Below the pieces are notes generated by a model, which ran no database searches, was not told the DNA's origin, and saw only the letters and a list, made by a program, of their open reading frames with translations. Positions 1 to 10,228 of a stretch of 64,000 bases of DNA are shown in pieces (position 1 is the stretch's first letter; each line of letters starts with the position of its first letter). This stretch comes from a virus. Lineage: Duplodnaviria; Heunggongvirae; Uroviricota; Caudoviricetes. The stretch lies in the IMG/VR virus record IMGVR_UViG_2778261224_000007; one strand, 5' to 3'. The position numbers were made by a program, and so were the translations under genes.

Positions 1-65
1 TGCCAACAGCTAATGAAAACCGTCCTCGTAATATTGCCTTTAATTATATCGTAAGGGCGGCATAA
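1..65 (+). other. 3' end of a promoterless tail-fibre C-terminal cassette (cassette A, cut by window start)
   Basis: Frame ending at TAA 63-65 encodes ...NETRPRNIAFNYIVRAA, the same C-terminal motif as the expressed tail fibre on the minus strand. Confidence 0.6.
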
Positions 66-84
66 AAACGTTGGTTTAGGGGAA
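59..84. promoter_or_regulatory. hix/cix-like crossover site at 5' end of cassette B (GGCATAAAAACG-TT-GGTTTAGGGGAA)
   Basis: 26-bp site with AAAC..GGTTT core; right half matches the inverted site inside the tail-fibre gene (2079-2104) at 11/12. Confidence 0.4.
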
Positions 85-504
85 GGCTCGGCGCTGCCCG
101 TTGGTGTACCTGTTCCATGGCCCTCCGCCACACCACCAACGGGGTGGCTGAAATGTAACGGAGCAGCATTTTCTTCTGAAAAGTACCCAAATCTGGCAAA
201 GGTTTACCCCACTAATAAATTGCCGGATCTACGGGGCGAATTTATTCGAGGTTGGGATGATGGACGAGGTGTGGACAATGGGCGAGCATTATTAAGCAGC
301 CAAGAGGCTACAAACTTTTCTCAGCGTGCCGGAAATATAGGCGATGGTGCAGGGCACGCAATTAATTTTCATGATGGCATCGTCGGAAATCAGCCAGGAT
401 TTTCACGATTTAATTTCACCAGTAACTCTGTAGGTGATGGTATAAATTTTGTTGCTGTCAGGCCGCGAAATATCGCATTTAATTACATCGTAAGGGCGGC
501 ATAA
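73..504 (+). other. promoterless tail-fibre C-terminal cassette B
   Basis: Frame open from 55 to TAA 502-504, no ATG before 220; encodes GLGEGSALPVGVPVPWP...LPDLRGEFIRGWDDGRGVD...RPRNIAFNYIVRAA, homologous to the C-terminus of the expressed fibre. Confidence 0.6.
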
Positions 505-523
505 AAACGTTGGTTTAGGGGAA
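498..523. promoter_or_regulatory. hix/cix-like crossover site at 5' end of cassette C
   Basis: Identical 26-bp sequence to the site at 59-84. Confidence 0.4.
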
Positions 524-1012
524 GGCTCGGCGCTGCCCGTTGGTGTACCTATTCCATGGCCCTCAGCCACACCGCCAACGGGGTGGCTGAAATGCAATGG
601 TGCAGCATTTTCTTCTGAAAAGTACCCAAATCTGGCAAAGGTTTACCCAACGTTAAAATTACCTGATTTACGCGGTGAGTTTATCCGTGGCTGGGATGAT
701 GGGCGAGGGATTGACTCTGGTCGCTCTATTTTAAGCGAGCAAGGATATGCAACGGAGGATCATGCTCACGGATTACCGTCAAAATCAACCGTAGCAACTG
801 ACCGCTCAATTAATTTCTACTTTGACGAGGCATGGGCTACTAGTGGTAATACGGGAGTTATCAGATGGGGGAACACAAGCGATGCAGGATTGCCAGCCCC
901 TAATTATGGAACTTTTAAAACATATAAACAGTCCGTAGCTAATTTAGGTACTGCTGGCTTAGAAACCCGCCCTCGTAATATTGCATTTAATTATATTGTG
1001 AGGGCGGATTAA
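512..1012 (+). other. promoterless tail-fibre C-terminal cassette C
   Basis: Open frame to TAA 1010-1012; shares the N-terminal junction (GEGSALPVGVP, LPDLRGEFIRGWDDGRG) and C-terminal RPRNIAFNYIVRA motifs with a different central segment. Confidence 0.6.
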
Positions 1013-1017
1013 TTATA

Positions 1018-1629
1018 TCAACTGGCTGTAGAAAGTTGTTTTTCAGGCCAGTTGAGATCTGGTGCCGTGGTTAAATCCATCGCGTTCAGCTCGTCTATAT
1101 AATCTAGCACGGAGTTAAGCTGCGTGGTTTCTGCCTGCGTCAACTTCCGTCCAGCCCGTAATTTCAACTGAATCAGACTAATGGAATCCATCGCAGTATC
1201 AATCAATGACTGACGTTTTGTTTCTGCTGCCTCTACAGCTGCACTATGTTGAGCCTCAGTATCAACCACCCATTTCTCTCCATCCCATTTGTCGTATGGT
1301 GTTAGCGGGGCGATAGTGGTTGTATTTTCCGGATAGTCACCCAACACCGTGATTTCTTCGGGATTCCCAGTGTCAATGCTATAGACAGTTTCGCCACGAT
1401 GATCTGGCACATACTCCCATGAACTTAAATCCTCTGAACGGAGAATCGCATAACCTGCTTTATGTGAGCCTGGAGCATCCAAACAAGAATTTGCCGGAAT
1501 ACCAACGCCAACAGCAAGATATTCAGTTGATGCAGAAATATATTCCCGATTACCACCATCATAGTTATAAACGATAATGTTTCCTGCCTGTATGGCTATA
1601 AGTTCGCTATTTAATATCGCATTATCCAT
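1018..1629 (-). CDS. tail fibre assembly protein (U/Tfa-like chaperone)
   Basis: 203-aa ORF directly downstream of the tail-fibre gene with overlapping stop/start (ATGA); size and position typical of tail fibre assembly proteins. Confidence 0.7.
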   Translation of the reverse strand: MDNAILNSELIAIQAGNIIVYNYDGGNREYISASTEYLAVGVGIPANSCLDAPGSHKAGYAILRSEDLSSWEYVPDHRGETVYSIDTGNPEEITVLGDYPENTTTIAPLTPYDKWDGEKWVVDTEAQHSAAVEAAETKRQSLIDTAMDSISLIQLKLRAGRKLTQAETTQLNSVLDYIDELNAMDLTTAPDLNWPEKQLSTAS

Positions 1630-3608
1630 TATGCTGCTCTCACAATATAATTGAAGGCAATGTTACGTGGGCGGGTTTCATTCCCCCCAGATAACTCCGT
1701 TCTGTATTGACTGGTAAATTTACCATTAATCGCTCCTTGCCGGACGGCGTTATCTGTCGACAACAGACTATCCCCCCCTCTGTCATTTGGCACCAATACC
1801 GTGTTATCCCACGCGTCCCATGACCGAATATTATGATAATGACTTCCTGTTAACCACCCCTGTATGCTTAAGATGACCCTTCCCGCATCCACACCTCGCC
1901 CATCATCCCAACCACGGATAAACTCACCGCGTAAATCCGGTAATTTATTGGTGGGGTAGGCCTTTGCCAGTTTGGGATACATTTCAGAAGAAAATGCTGC
2001 ACCATTGCATTTTAGCCAGCCCGTTGGTGGTGTTTCTAAGGGCCACGGAACGGGCACACCAACAGGCAGTGCAGAGCCTTCCCCCAAACCAAGGTAATCA
2101 AGAACGCTCTGAATACTGGTCTTACCAAGAATGGCGCGTCCAACACTTGTCAATGCAGTTAACGCGGCACGATCAACACCTGTGAAATAAGGGAGTTTAT
2201 CTGCTGCTGTAGCTAGTGCCGCTAGAGCAGTGAGCGTAGCGTCTGCCGCTTGCTTTCCATTAGCCAAATCATATGCAGCCTTGACAGCTTTCGGTGTGGC
2301 GGCCAGCACTTCAGACGTGCTGTTAGTGGCACTACTGAGCTGAGTGATGCCTTTCGCTGTCAATGAAGCTGTTGGCACACCAGTGATCTGATTCCAGGGA
2401 TGTGTATGACTGGATGGTGCCTTTCCGGCTGCTAGATCGTATGCAGCTTTAACCGCTTTTGGAGTTGCAGCTAATGTTTCAGAAGTGCTGTTGGTGTCGC
2501 TACTGAGCTGAACTATCCCTTTTTGTGTCGTGGTTGCATCCTGGGCTGTATACTTCCCGTTAGCCAGGTCATATGCAGCCTTGACAGCTTTCGGTGTGGC
2601 GGCCAGCACTTCAGACGTGCTGTTAGTGGCACTACTGAGCTGAGTGATGCCTTTCGCTGTCAATGAAGCTGTTGGCACACCAGTGATCTGATTCCAGGGA
2701 TGTGTATGACTGGATGGTGCCTTTCCGGCTGCTAGATCGTATGCAGCTTTAACCGCTTTTGGAGTTGCAGCTAATGTTTCAGAAGTGCTGTTGGTGTCGC
2801 TACTGAGCTGAACTATCCCTTTTTGTGTCGTGGTTGCATCCTGGGCTGTATACTTCCCGTTAGCCAGGTCATATGCAGCCTTGACAGCTTTCGGTGTGGC
2901 GGCCAGCACTTCGGACGTACTGTTAGTGGCACTACTGAGCTGAACTAATCCCTTTTGCGTTGTGCTTGCATCCTGCGCCGTATATTTGCTTTTCGCCAGA
3001 TCGTAGGCTTTTTTAACTGCCAGCGAACTCGCAGCAACATCACTTCTGGTACTGGTTACAGAGTCTGAAATATCAATGCCGATCGTGCGGTTGATACGCT
3101 CGGATGTATCAATCATCTCTTGAGTAATGGTAGATACGCCAGCAGGGATATTCACCGTACAAACCAGCAGTTCCCCATCACCTAACTGATATGAATCGGT
3201 ATAGGTTCTGGCAACAAATTCAGCTGCATGAATATGTGACGCGGTATTCACCTGATAGGTATCTTCTCCAAGAAGGTATCTTCCCTTCAGCACAATTGCA
3301 TATTTCTTGCCTGCGTTAAGTGCAAGAGAGATATCCTTACGATGCTGAATAGTTACCTGGTAGAATTCACCAATATCCACTGACGCCGCGCCAGCGGTTT
3401 TATCTCCATCCACTGAGGTGATTAACAGGTTCATTCCACCGCCAGGCTTAGGCAAGAAACCAGCATAAAATCCCGGGTCAACAATTCCCCTGAATTTTCG
3501 GTTTAGAGCGGCTGACAGATATGGTTCGTGGTATTGCACATCAGCCACCAGAGCCAACGACTCGGGTGATGGGTAAGTAACCGATGTAACAACTGTAACG
3601 TCATTCAT
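1629..3608 (-). CDS. tail fibre protein (P1 S-like) with internal collagen/fibre repeats
   Basis: Repeated SSxTNSTSE(V/T)LAATPKAVKAAYDLA units; C-terminus RPRNIAFNYIVRAA; likely start is ATG at 3608 (MNDVTVV, RBS AAGGA) rather than the upstream codon at 3695. Confidence 0.85.
   Translation of the reverse strand: MNDVTVVTSVTYPSPESLALVADVQYHEPYLSAALNRKFRGIVDPGFYAGFLPKPGGGMNLLITSVDGDKTAGAASVDIGEFYQVTIQHRKDISLALNAGKKYAIVLKGRYLLGEDTYQVNTASHIHAAEFVARTYTDSYQLGDGELLVCTVNIPAGVSTITQEMIDTSERINRTIGIDISDSVTSTRSDVAASSLAVKKAYDLAKSKYTAQDASTTQKGLVQLSSATNSTSEVLAATPKAVKAAYDLANGKYTAQDATTTQKGIVQLSSDTNSTSETLAATPKAVKAAYDLAAGKAPSSHTHPWNQITGVPTASLTAKGITQLSSATNSTSEVLAATPKAVKAAYDLANGKYTAQDATTTQKGIVQLSSDTNSTSETLAATPKAVKAAYDLAAGKAPSSHTHPWNQITGVPTASLTAKGITQLSSATNSTSEVLAATPKAVKAAYDLANGKQAADATLTALAALATAADKLPYFTGVDRAALTALTSVGRAILGKTSIQSVLDYLGLGEGSALPVGVPVPWPLETPPTGWLKCNGAAFSSEMYPKLAKAYPTNKLPDLRGEFIRGWDDGRGVDAGRVILSIQGWLTGSHYHNIRSWDAWDNTVLVPNDRGGDSLLSTDNAVRQGAINGKFTSQYRTELSGGNETRPRNIAFNYIVRAA
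2079..2104. promoter_or_regulatory. hix/cix-like crossover site inside the tail-fibre gene (TTCCCCCAAACC-AA-GGTAATCAAGAA)
   Basis: Inverted relative to cassette sites; lies at the constant/variable boundary (codons for YLGLGEG); outer half resembles the Hin/Gin/Cin half-site TTCTTGAAAACC. Confidence 0.45.
2269..2945. repeat. perfect 300-bp tandem duplication (2 full copies plus a diverged partial third) inside the tail-fibre gene
   Basis: Sequence 2281-2580 is identical base-for-base to 2581-2880; 2881-2940 has 2 mismatches then diverges. Confidence 0.9.
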
Positions 3609-3619
3609 CAAGCATATCC

Positions 3620-4054
3620 TTATGCTGTAGTCGAGTTTATGGCCATAACTGCGGTATATGTTTTGCCCACATACAGCGAGTCTTCTTGGACACAAATAAT
3701 GGCGATTGGCTTATTCTCGTTATCCAGAACAACCAGAGTGTTGAATGGGTAGTTTTTCCCTTCCTGCAACTGACTTTGATCAAGGTCCATTCGGACAGTA
3801 ATTATCCCGCCTGAGTAGGTTGGGACGAGGTTGATGGTGCAAAATTGACTGGTCAGTTCTGCCAGATCGAAAGCCTTTGGCAGTTCTCCAATCTCATAAG
3901 TGCCATCTCCTTTCTTAGTAACCAGTGAACTGGTACCGAAAACGGCCTTGCTGATTAAAAATCGAGAGCCTTTGTTAATGGACGATTCAGCGCGCCGCTG
4001 ATAGTAATAGTCCAACAACTGACTCTTATAGAGGTTTGTTGAGACGTCAGACAT
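3620..4054 (-). CDS. tail/baseplate-associated protein (P1 R-like by position)
   Basis: 144-aa ORF immediately upstream of the tail-fibre gene in the same operon. Confidence 0.5.
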   Translation of the reverse strand: MSDVSTNLYKSQLLDYYYQRRAESSINKGSRFLISKAVFGTSSLVTKKGDGTYEIGELPKAFDLAELTSQFCTINLVPTYSGGIITVRMDLDQSQLQEGKNYPFNTLVVLDNENKPIAIICVQEDSLYVGKTYTAVMAINSTTA

Positions 4055-4132
4055 GATTTTCCCTAATCAATGTTGTGAAGCCTCATTGTAAGATAAGTAA
4101 CTTGTCACCCCGCCCTGCGGACGGGGTGATTG

Positions 4133-4972
4133 TCACGCATCGCTATCCAACAGCAAATCATCTGCGCGGGTGCGATCAAACGTAGGCGTTGCTTTCACAA
4201 TAGTGCCGCCCGGCGTTGCAGTGATCGGGGCGTTAATCGACGTAACTTCAGTAAGCGAAGTTGTATCCGAAGTTTCAAACCAGCAGAATGCTTTTTCGGT
4301 ATCAGAAATCTCATTCAAAGTGATCATGTCGGCCTGTTCATTTACAACAACCGACAAATAGAGCGTAAGCCCATCAAACACTATATGCAGTGGCAGTAGA
4401 GGCTTTACGAACTGATTAAACTTTCTGAGAATTTCTTCTGTAATTGCGGACTGATCTATCGTTCCAGTAATACCCATTGTCCGGGCCAAGTCGTTTATGG
4501 GAATACTGATCATTCCTCTGGAAGTCAGAAACATCTCGCCGAATGTGCCGCCGGTGGTTTCCAGTGTGCTTTCTGGAATCAGGACCGTGCCATAGGGATG
4601 ACGTTCAAAGTCCACCGGAGCATATATGGGATCCCATAAAACCGATATACCGTTAAATTCGCGATAAATTGTCTGGTTTATAGGGCGTTCAGTACCCTTA
4701 AAATGGATCTCATCAAACCGCTGTTGTAACAACATCGGAACGGAAGATGAATTCGACGTTCTGATAGTAAAAAACTGGCCAAGTTCATTTGTCCTAGTCT
4801 CCAGATCCTCCTTGCTCATGGAGAAAATAGACTTCCGGTTGGTAATTCGCTCCAACCATGGGTCAACAAAGGTGTCCATCATTGACTGAACCAAATCAGC
4901 CAATGATTTATAAAGTAATGACTTTTGCTTAGCTGATGTAAGCCGGTTATTAAACCAGGAACGCTGCATCAC
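4133..4972 (-). CDS. baseplate/tail protein (P1 gene 16-like by position)
   Basis: 279-aa ORF, translationally coupled to the upstream gene. Confidence 0.5.
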   Translation of the reverse strand: MMQRSWFNNRLTSAKQKSLLYKSLADLVQSMMDTFVDPWLERITNRKSIFSMSKEDLETRTNELGQFFTIRTSNSSSVPMLLQQRFDEIHFKGTERPINQTIYREFNGISVLWDPIYAPVDFERHPYGTVLIPESTLETTGGTFGEMFLTSRGMISIPINDLARTMGITGTIDQSAITEEILRKFNQFVKPLLPLHIVFDGLTLYLSVVVNEQADMITLNEISDTEKAFCWFETSDTTSLTEVTSINAPITATPGGTIVKATPTFDRTRADDLLLDSDA

Positions 4973-6402
4973 TCCTCCTCATACGAAATATTAAAGGTGG
5001 AGTTTTCTGTATCCAGATAAACGAAATCGTAAAAGCCGTTGGACTCATTCCACTCGACAAATTCCAGATAAAAGTCGCGGAAATAACCCAGCGTTTCGAT
5101 AAATGCCCAAACGTCTTTTTTCTTGATTAGGATGTACTTGCCGACACGGTTCGGATCAAAGAAAGTTGAGTCACGCCCAAATTTTGTTTCCAGTGCCGAC
5201 TTCAGCTCATCAGTCACGTTCTCAATGGTCAGGCTTGCCGATATCCGCCCAGTGATGGTGATCTTAAAGGGTAGTTTTCTGACCTCTTTATACGAGAATT
5301 TCTTGTTCAACTCATTCGGCACCTTCTTAAAGGCGGCTAGGATCATTTCTTCAAGCTCTGACTGGCTTTTGTTTGGATGCCATCCTGAAATAAATATCTT
5401 ATTGATATTCCGAACATTATAAGCACCATCTAATTTCTCTTGCTGGCCTTCGCCCCATGCCTTTACCCAGGACAGTCCCGGGATGTTACGCACCAGAAAA
5501 TACGTATAGTCCCCGCCCCATACGACCTGATCATCATAGGCAAGGTAATATTGTGCACGGTTACGTGTGATCTCCGTTGTTTCAGCATCGGTACCTGCGG
5601 TTATAGGTGTCGTTGTCTTAACTGAAATCAAATTAGCTAAATTAGCCGCAGAATCAACAGGAGTCAGGTTTTGGCCAGCAACCAGGGTTATATCGCCGTT
5701 GGTGCACCATACCTTAAGCGTAATTGTCGAGCCTTCTGGCGGTATTTGCCCAATTAGCCCATCGCCGAATCGGACACCCAACTGTTCGGATGGTTTATAA
5801 AACTCAACGTAGACCTGGCTTTTACTACCAGCTAACCGGAACATTGTGCTGGAAGACCACTGCGTGGTCTTACCATCGGTCGTCACGAATACTTCCAGCT
5901 TATAGCAGACAGCAGTGAGAGCCTTTGATAACACGACTTCCAGAAATTCTTTGGCAGCCGTAACGGTATATGTCACCTCCTGGATTTCCAACTGTGCCAC
6001 TTCTACCGTACCGGTGCCGTCAACCAACCTGCATACATCCATAGTCATGTAAGGGTACTGGTCGTCAGATATTAAAGGCATGTTTTTGGGAATTACCGCT
6101 GGGGCATCTTCACTTGTGGCGGTGATCTCAATCATCCCCGATGACGGTGTTGGCTTGGTACCAACGTAACTATTCGTTTCTGCCGCTGCCAGGATAGAGG
6201 AACGCCGCGTCGCGGTCGATATAAAGCCTTCAGCCAGCGCCGCATCGGCATACTGAAAGCACCTGTAGACAATCTGGGTAATAAACAATGTCAGCATCGA
6301 GACAAATTGAGAGCCGACAAACTTCGACCAGAATGAATCTTTCTCGACAAGCTCTTCAAACTCTGCACGAATACTGTCTTTAGTCGGTGTTGTTTTACTC
6401 AT
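4969..6402 (-). CDS. baseplate protein (P1 BplA-like by position)
   Basis: 477-aa ORF in the tail operon, overlapping stop/start with neighbours. Confidence 0.5.
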   Translation of the reverse strand: MSKTTPTKDSIRAEFEELVEKDSFWSKFVGSQFVSMLTLFITQIVYRCFQYADAALAEGFISTATRRSSILAAAETNSYVGTKPTPSSGMIEITATSEDAPAVIPKNMPLISDDQYPYMTMDVCRLVDGTGTVEVAQLEIQEVTYTVTAAKEFLEVVLSKALTAVCYKLEVFVTTDGKTTQWSSSTMFRLAGSKSQVYVEFYKPSEQLGVRFGDGLIGQIPPEGSTITLKVWCTNGDITLVAGQNLTPVDSAANLANLISVKTTTPITAGTDAETTEITRNRAQYYLAYDDQVVWGGDYTYFLVRNIPGLSWVKAWGEGQQEKLDGAYNVRNINKIFISGWHPNKSQSELEEMILAAFKKVPNELNKKFSYKEVRKLPFKITITGRISASLTIENVTDELKSALETKFGRDSTFFDPNRVGKYILIKKKDVWAFIETLGYFRDFYLEFVEWNESNGFYDFVYLDTENSTFNISYEEE

Positions 6403-6758
6403 AGCACCACGTCCTGTGTGATAGTTATATCCCTGATACGAATGGATATTTTCAACTTATCAAAAGCATCTCCCTCGGCTACTGACAAGCCAGAAATCGG
6501 TATGTCAGGTAAATCTACCGTCAGTTTTTGCAACAGCATTGCCTCAACCGCAATTTGAACATGCGACAAGTTGGTCGGTTCGTGTTTAAACTGCGGTAAA
6601 ACATTGCCCCATGACGGATCCCCGTATACCTCACCCTGATAAGTGTTTAGCCACTCATATAAACGAGCGCCCCAGGCCTCCTCCTGGGACTCATACGTTT
6701 TTACGCCGGATAACTCCAGCGTCAGCAAAGGATCAATTTCGTTATTGTTGGCCATCAA
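6399..6758 (-). CDS. small tail morphogenesis protein
   Basis: 119-aa ORF coupled between the tape measure and baseplate genes. Confidence 0.45.
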   Translation of the reverse strand: MMANNNEIDPLLTLELSGVKTYESQEEAWGARLYEWLNTYQGEVYGDPSWGNVLPQFKHEPTNLSHVQIAVEAMLLQKLTVDLPDIPISGLSVAEGDAFDKLKISIRIRDITITQDVVL

Positions 6759-9700
6759 TCAACTCTCGCGTAGTCATTCATCAACGGATCATCAATTGAC
6801 AGTGGTACCGTGCGCATAACGCCCGGCTGAGGCGTGCTGACCTTTACGACAGTTCCCTGGCCTTTCGCCGAGTCTTTGGTGTGCTCTTCAATCCTGGCAA
6901 GCAATGAGGTCATCTGCGCAAACAGCCGCTTCGTTTCACCATCAAGTGAAACGGTATTATCAGCCAACTGCATTGTCGGCTTGGCACCGGAGCCGCCAAG
7001 GTCACTAATAACCTGTCCGTCTATCTGCATACGACCGGTTGGTTGCTGCAAATCGTTGGCGGCAGTCGTCACCTGGGACGTGGAGGCTGGTTGAGGAGAG
7101 TTATTTGAGCGCATTCCCCGGGCATTAATGAGTTTGTCATACAGCCCATCAATCCCCATTTGTGCACCGAGTTGGTCAAAGTAACTTGAGTTGTTTGCTA
7201 CCGGACGTGCCTCTTCAACTGGCATAGGTGTATCAACATACACATTGCCAGCAGCCGTTGCGGTTCCCCTTCCTCGTGCACGTTCTTCGAGGGTTCCCTG
7301 AACGACTTCCCGACGCATCCCCCGACCATTCATGAATTTGTTGACCAGATCGTTAACGCCAACAGCATTACCGATTTTGTCTACCAAACCGCCTTTCTCA
7401 AACGGGCTATCACCAGGGGTAAACGCCAGACCAGTAGACTGATCGATAACGGCGTTATCAGGTATCTTTTCGTAAATTGCTGGTGCGCTATGATCTACCT
7501 TAGAGCCATAGACGGCACCATTATTGAGCATCTGCTGATACCCTCTGACACGAGTCACATATTCGCCGGTACCGGCGACTACTCTCCCCTTATCAACATG
7601 CCCCATACCAGCATGATAGGCAGCTATTGCACGCCCCTGATCACCGTTATAACGGTTCATCAGCATACTTAGGTATCTGGCGGCACCATCAGCTGCTTTT
7701 CGTGTATCCATGGCATCAGCATCGCTGAGTCCAAGATCCTCCCTTGTACCTTTAGTGATCTGAAAAGCCCCAAGGGCAGATGAAAGTTTGTTTCCGTTTT
7801 TGTCTACTGGATTTCCAGTTCTCTGGCCAGCACTAGACTCTGCGGATGCAACTGCTGACAGAATCCCTTTTTCAAGCCCATACTTACGTTCAAGCTCATC
7901 AAAATAATCGGCATTGTCAGAAATCCATTGGTATCCGGCAGCATTTAATTTTGGCAAAGAAACATCCTTGCCGTTGTTAAATCGACGTTTATCTATCTCA
8001 TATGCACTTAATGCTTCCTCCTTGCCTGTAGCAGACTGGCCCAAAGCAGCATCAATTGTTTGTGCCGCTTTATTTCCTGTTTCTACAGCATTTGCATTGA
8101 TAATCTGATTGGCTGTCTCTTTAACTGTTTTATTGCCATTCTGAGCCGTATCCAGGGATGCATTTACAACACGAGTGACAATATTAGCCTTTTTAGGGAT
8201 ATCTTCAGACTTAGGAGTATTCCTCTCCTGACTTTCTTTAGCAGGTGTTTTTAATTCAGGCGTGACCTCTTTCGCATTCGCTTTATTGACTAATGTTGAT
8301 GCAACTAAGCCAAGAGGGGTACTCTGAATAACAGCATCTGCTGTCTTATCCATTGCCTCGCCCGCATGTTCTTTTACGGTATGCCATAAATTACTGCCAG
8401 CCTCTTTAATGTATTTCCCAGGGTTCTTAATGAAATCAATTGCACTATCAATTGCATCACTGAAAACCTTTTTCAGGTTATCGACAGTAAAGAAGTCTTT
8501 GATGGCGTCTAATTTTTCGTTCAGACTCTTGGTTGTGTCACTGAACCAAGCTGAAATAGCATCGCCAATCTTGGCTGTGTAATCGTTGAATGTTGTGGAT
8601 ATGGTGTCACCAAGGTTAGAAATGTATGTTTCTAAATTGGTAATCCCACTATCAATGGCCTGTGCAATACTTTCCGTCGAAAATGATTGCAACATATTGC
8701 CGATATCCTCAAATCCAAGTGATTTGAGAACGCCACCAATGGCACTGCTAATACCAGATACCAGTCCTCCCATATCGAGAACGTTAGCCAGTGTATAAGC
8801 CGCTTTTTGCTGAAAAGATGGATCTTCCCCATCCTTAAGCCCAAAGGTCCGACGTTGTGCTTCTGTATCATTCCAACCGGTTACCGCATCATAGATACCT
8901 CCAGCCACCGTGCCGACTAGCGGAATTGCGCGTAAAGCCCCCTTTGCAAGTGCCTTAACACCTAGTTTCCCCAATCCCTTAGTTGCAAGTTTTCCGGCAC
9001 CACGAGTAGCCAATTCGCCAGCTTCTTTGGCAGCAGCTTTTTTCCCACCAAAGCCCAATAAGCTTGCAACTTTTTTTATACCTAAAGCGCCTAGTGCCAT
9101 CGAGCCAACTTTCTTTAGTCCCCCACGGCCAAAAATAAGGGAAGCAATACCACCGGCCCCCTTCCCTAACAGGCTAAATAATTTGGACAGCAAGCCGCCC
9201 TTCTTTTTCCCGGTGTTTTTGGCTATCTGATCAAGGGCGCTGAGAATCTTGTCATTGCCCTCTTTAATTTCGCTGGTCTGATCCTGAAGTTCCTGAACCG
9301 TCCGTTTTTGGGTGTTAACCTGAACGACATCGGCACTACTTTGCGATTTACGCCTAAAAAAACCTTTTCTACGGCTGTTATCGTCATTACCACGAATCAC
9401 ATCGGCAATTGACTTTCTGGCACCATTAAGCGATCCGCCAACTTCTTTTGATATCCCGCCAAGCTCCTTTCCTGCCGCCCACAATGGACCAGCAACGGCA
9501 TAACCTAAAGCATCGACGGCACGAGTCTCTGAAGGGTTACCTATGCCTTCAGCTACTTTTGACAGTTTTTTTAATAAACCTGATTCAGCATTTAGACGCT
9601 CATCATCCTCTTTGCGCCTAGCTTTTTCAGCACGTTCAGCACGGGCATCTTCCGCTGCGGCCTTACTCCCTGACTTCCCAATAAAACGACCACGCGCATC

Positions 9701-10147
9701 GCGTTGGTTTTGGCTTTTTTGCGCACCGCCTTTTTGACCGAACATTTCGCGAGCGTGTTCGGCTGCTTCGGTCCGTTGTGCCTTTACATCCTCTGGTATA
9801 GCCTTCCTGCGTCGTTTTTTACCCTTTGGTGTGGTTGATTTGGCCCGCTGTTCCTGTTGAGCAACATCTTCCTGAACTACACGAGAAACGTCCCCTAAGT
9901 TAAGCCGTTTCATTGCCTCAACAATAGGGTCCACTGATGGCGCATTGGCCACAAAGTCTGGCCGTGAATTTTCGATTGTGCGATTTAATGCCGACACACT
10001 GCGAGAGACAGGATCAACAGTTGCAACGCGCCCCCCTTTCAAATCTTCAACAGCTTCCCGAATACCTGCAAGCTCTTCCAGCTCTTTTGCGCTGGCGGTT
10101 TCAACCGTCCTTATCACATCGTCAATGTTGGCGTTTTTTCTTTCCAT
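6755..10147 (-). CDS. sit: tape measure-like protein with internal soluble lytic transglycosylase domain (P1 Sit-like)
   Basis: 1130 aa; Gly/Ala/Lys-rich repetitive middle; SLT-type motifs (AESSAGQRTGN...AYHAGMGHV); size close to recalled P1 Sit. Confidence 0.75.
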   Translation of the reverse strand: MERKNANIDDVIRTVETASAKELEELAGIREAVEDLKGGRVATVDPVSRSVSALNRTIENSRPDFVANAPSVDPIVEAMKRLNLGDVSRVVQEDVAQQEQRAKSTTPKGKKRRRKAIPEDVKAQRTEAAEHAREMFGQKGGAQKSQNQRDARGRFIGKSGSKAAAEDARAERAEKARRKEDDERLNAESGLLKKLSKVAEGIGNPSETRAVDALGYAVAGPLWAAGKELGGISKEVGGSLNGARKSIADVIRGNDDNSRRKGFFRRKSQSSADVVQVNTQKRTVQELQDQTSEIKEGNDKILSALDQIAKNTGKKKGGLLSKLFSLLGKGAGGIASLIFGRGGLKKVGSMALGALGIKKVASLLGFGGKKAAAKEAGELATRGAGKLATKGLGKLGVKALAKGALRAIPLVGTVAGGIYDAVTGWNDTEAQRRTFGLKDGEDPSFQQKAAYTLANVLDMGGLVSGISSAIGGVLKSLGFEDIGNMLQSFSTESIAQAIDSGITNLETYISNLGDTISTTFNDYTAKIGDAISAWFSDTTKSLNEKLDAIKDFFTVDNLKKVFSDAIDSAIDFIKNPGKYIKEAGSNLWHTVKEHAGEAMDKTADAVIQSTPLGLVASTLVNKANAKEVTPELKTPAKESQERNTPKSEDIPKKANIVTRVVNASLDTAQNGNKTVKETANQIINANAVETGNKAAQTIDAALGQSATGKEEALSAYEIDKRRFNNGKDVSLPKLNAAGYQWISDNADYFDELERKYGLEKGILSAVASAESSAGQRTGNPVDKNGNKLSSALGAFQITKGTREDLGLSDADAMDTRKAADGAARYLSMLMNRYNGDQGRAIAAYHAGMGHVDKGRVVAGTGEYVTRVRGYQQMLNNGAVYGSKVDHSAPAIYEKIPDNAVIDQSTGLAFTPGDSPFEKGGLVDKIGNAVGVNDLVNKFMNGRGMRREVVQGTLEERARGRGTATAAGNVYVDTPMPVEEARPVANNSSYFDQLGAQMGIDGLYDKLINARGMRSNNSPQPASTSQVTTAANDLQQPTGRMQIDGQVISDLGGSGAKPTMQLADNTVSLDGETKRLFAQMTSLLARIEEHTKDSAKGQGTVVKVSTPQPGVMRTVPLSIDDPLMNDYARVD

Positions 10148-10228
10148 GATCTTATCGCCTACCGCTTCGGTTTAAGTTTTTCTTCCAGTTTCTCCAACAG
10201 GAAAAACGCATAGGATTCAGTAAGCCTT

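Noticed and set aside
4055-4130. Hairpin TCACCCCG...CGGGGTGA between two tail genes as a terminator
   Set aside because: There is no T-run on either strand and it lies inside a co-directional operon; more likely an RNA structure or attenuator than a terminator.
8586-9737. Several 60-110-aa ORFs on the plus strand inside the tape measure gene
   Set aside because: They are antisense to a long repetitive Gly/Ala/Lys-rich gene and have low-complexity translations; typical antisense artefacts.
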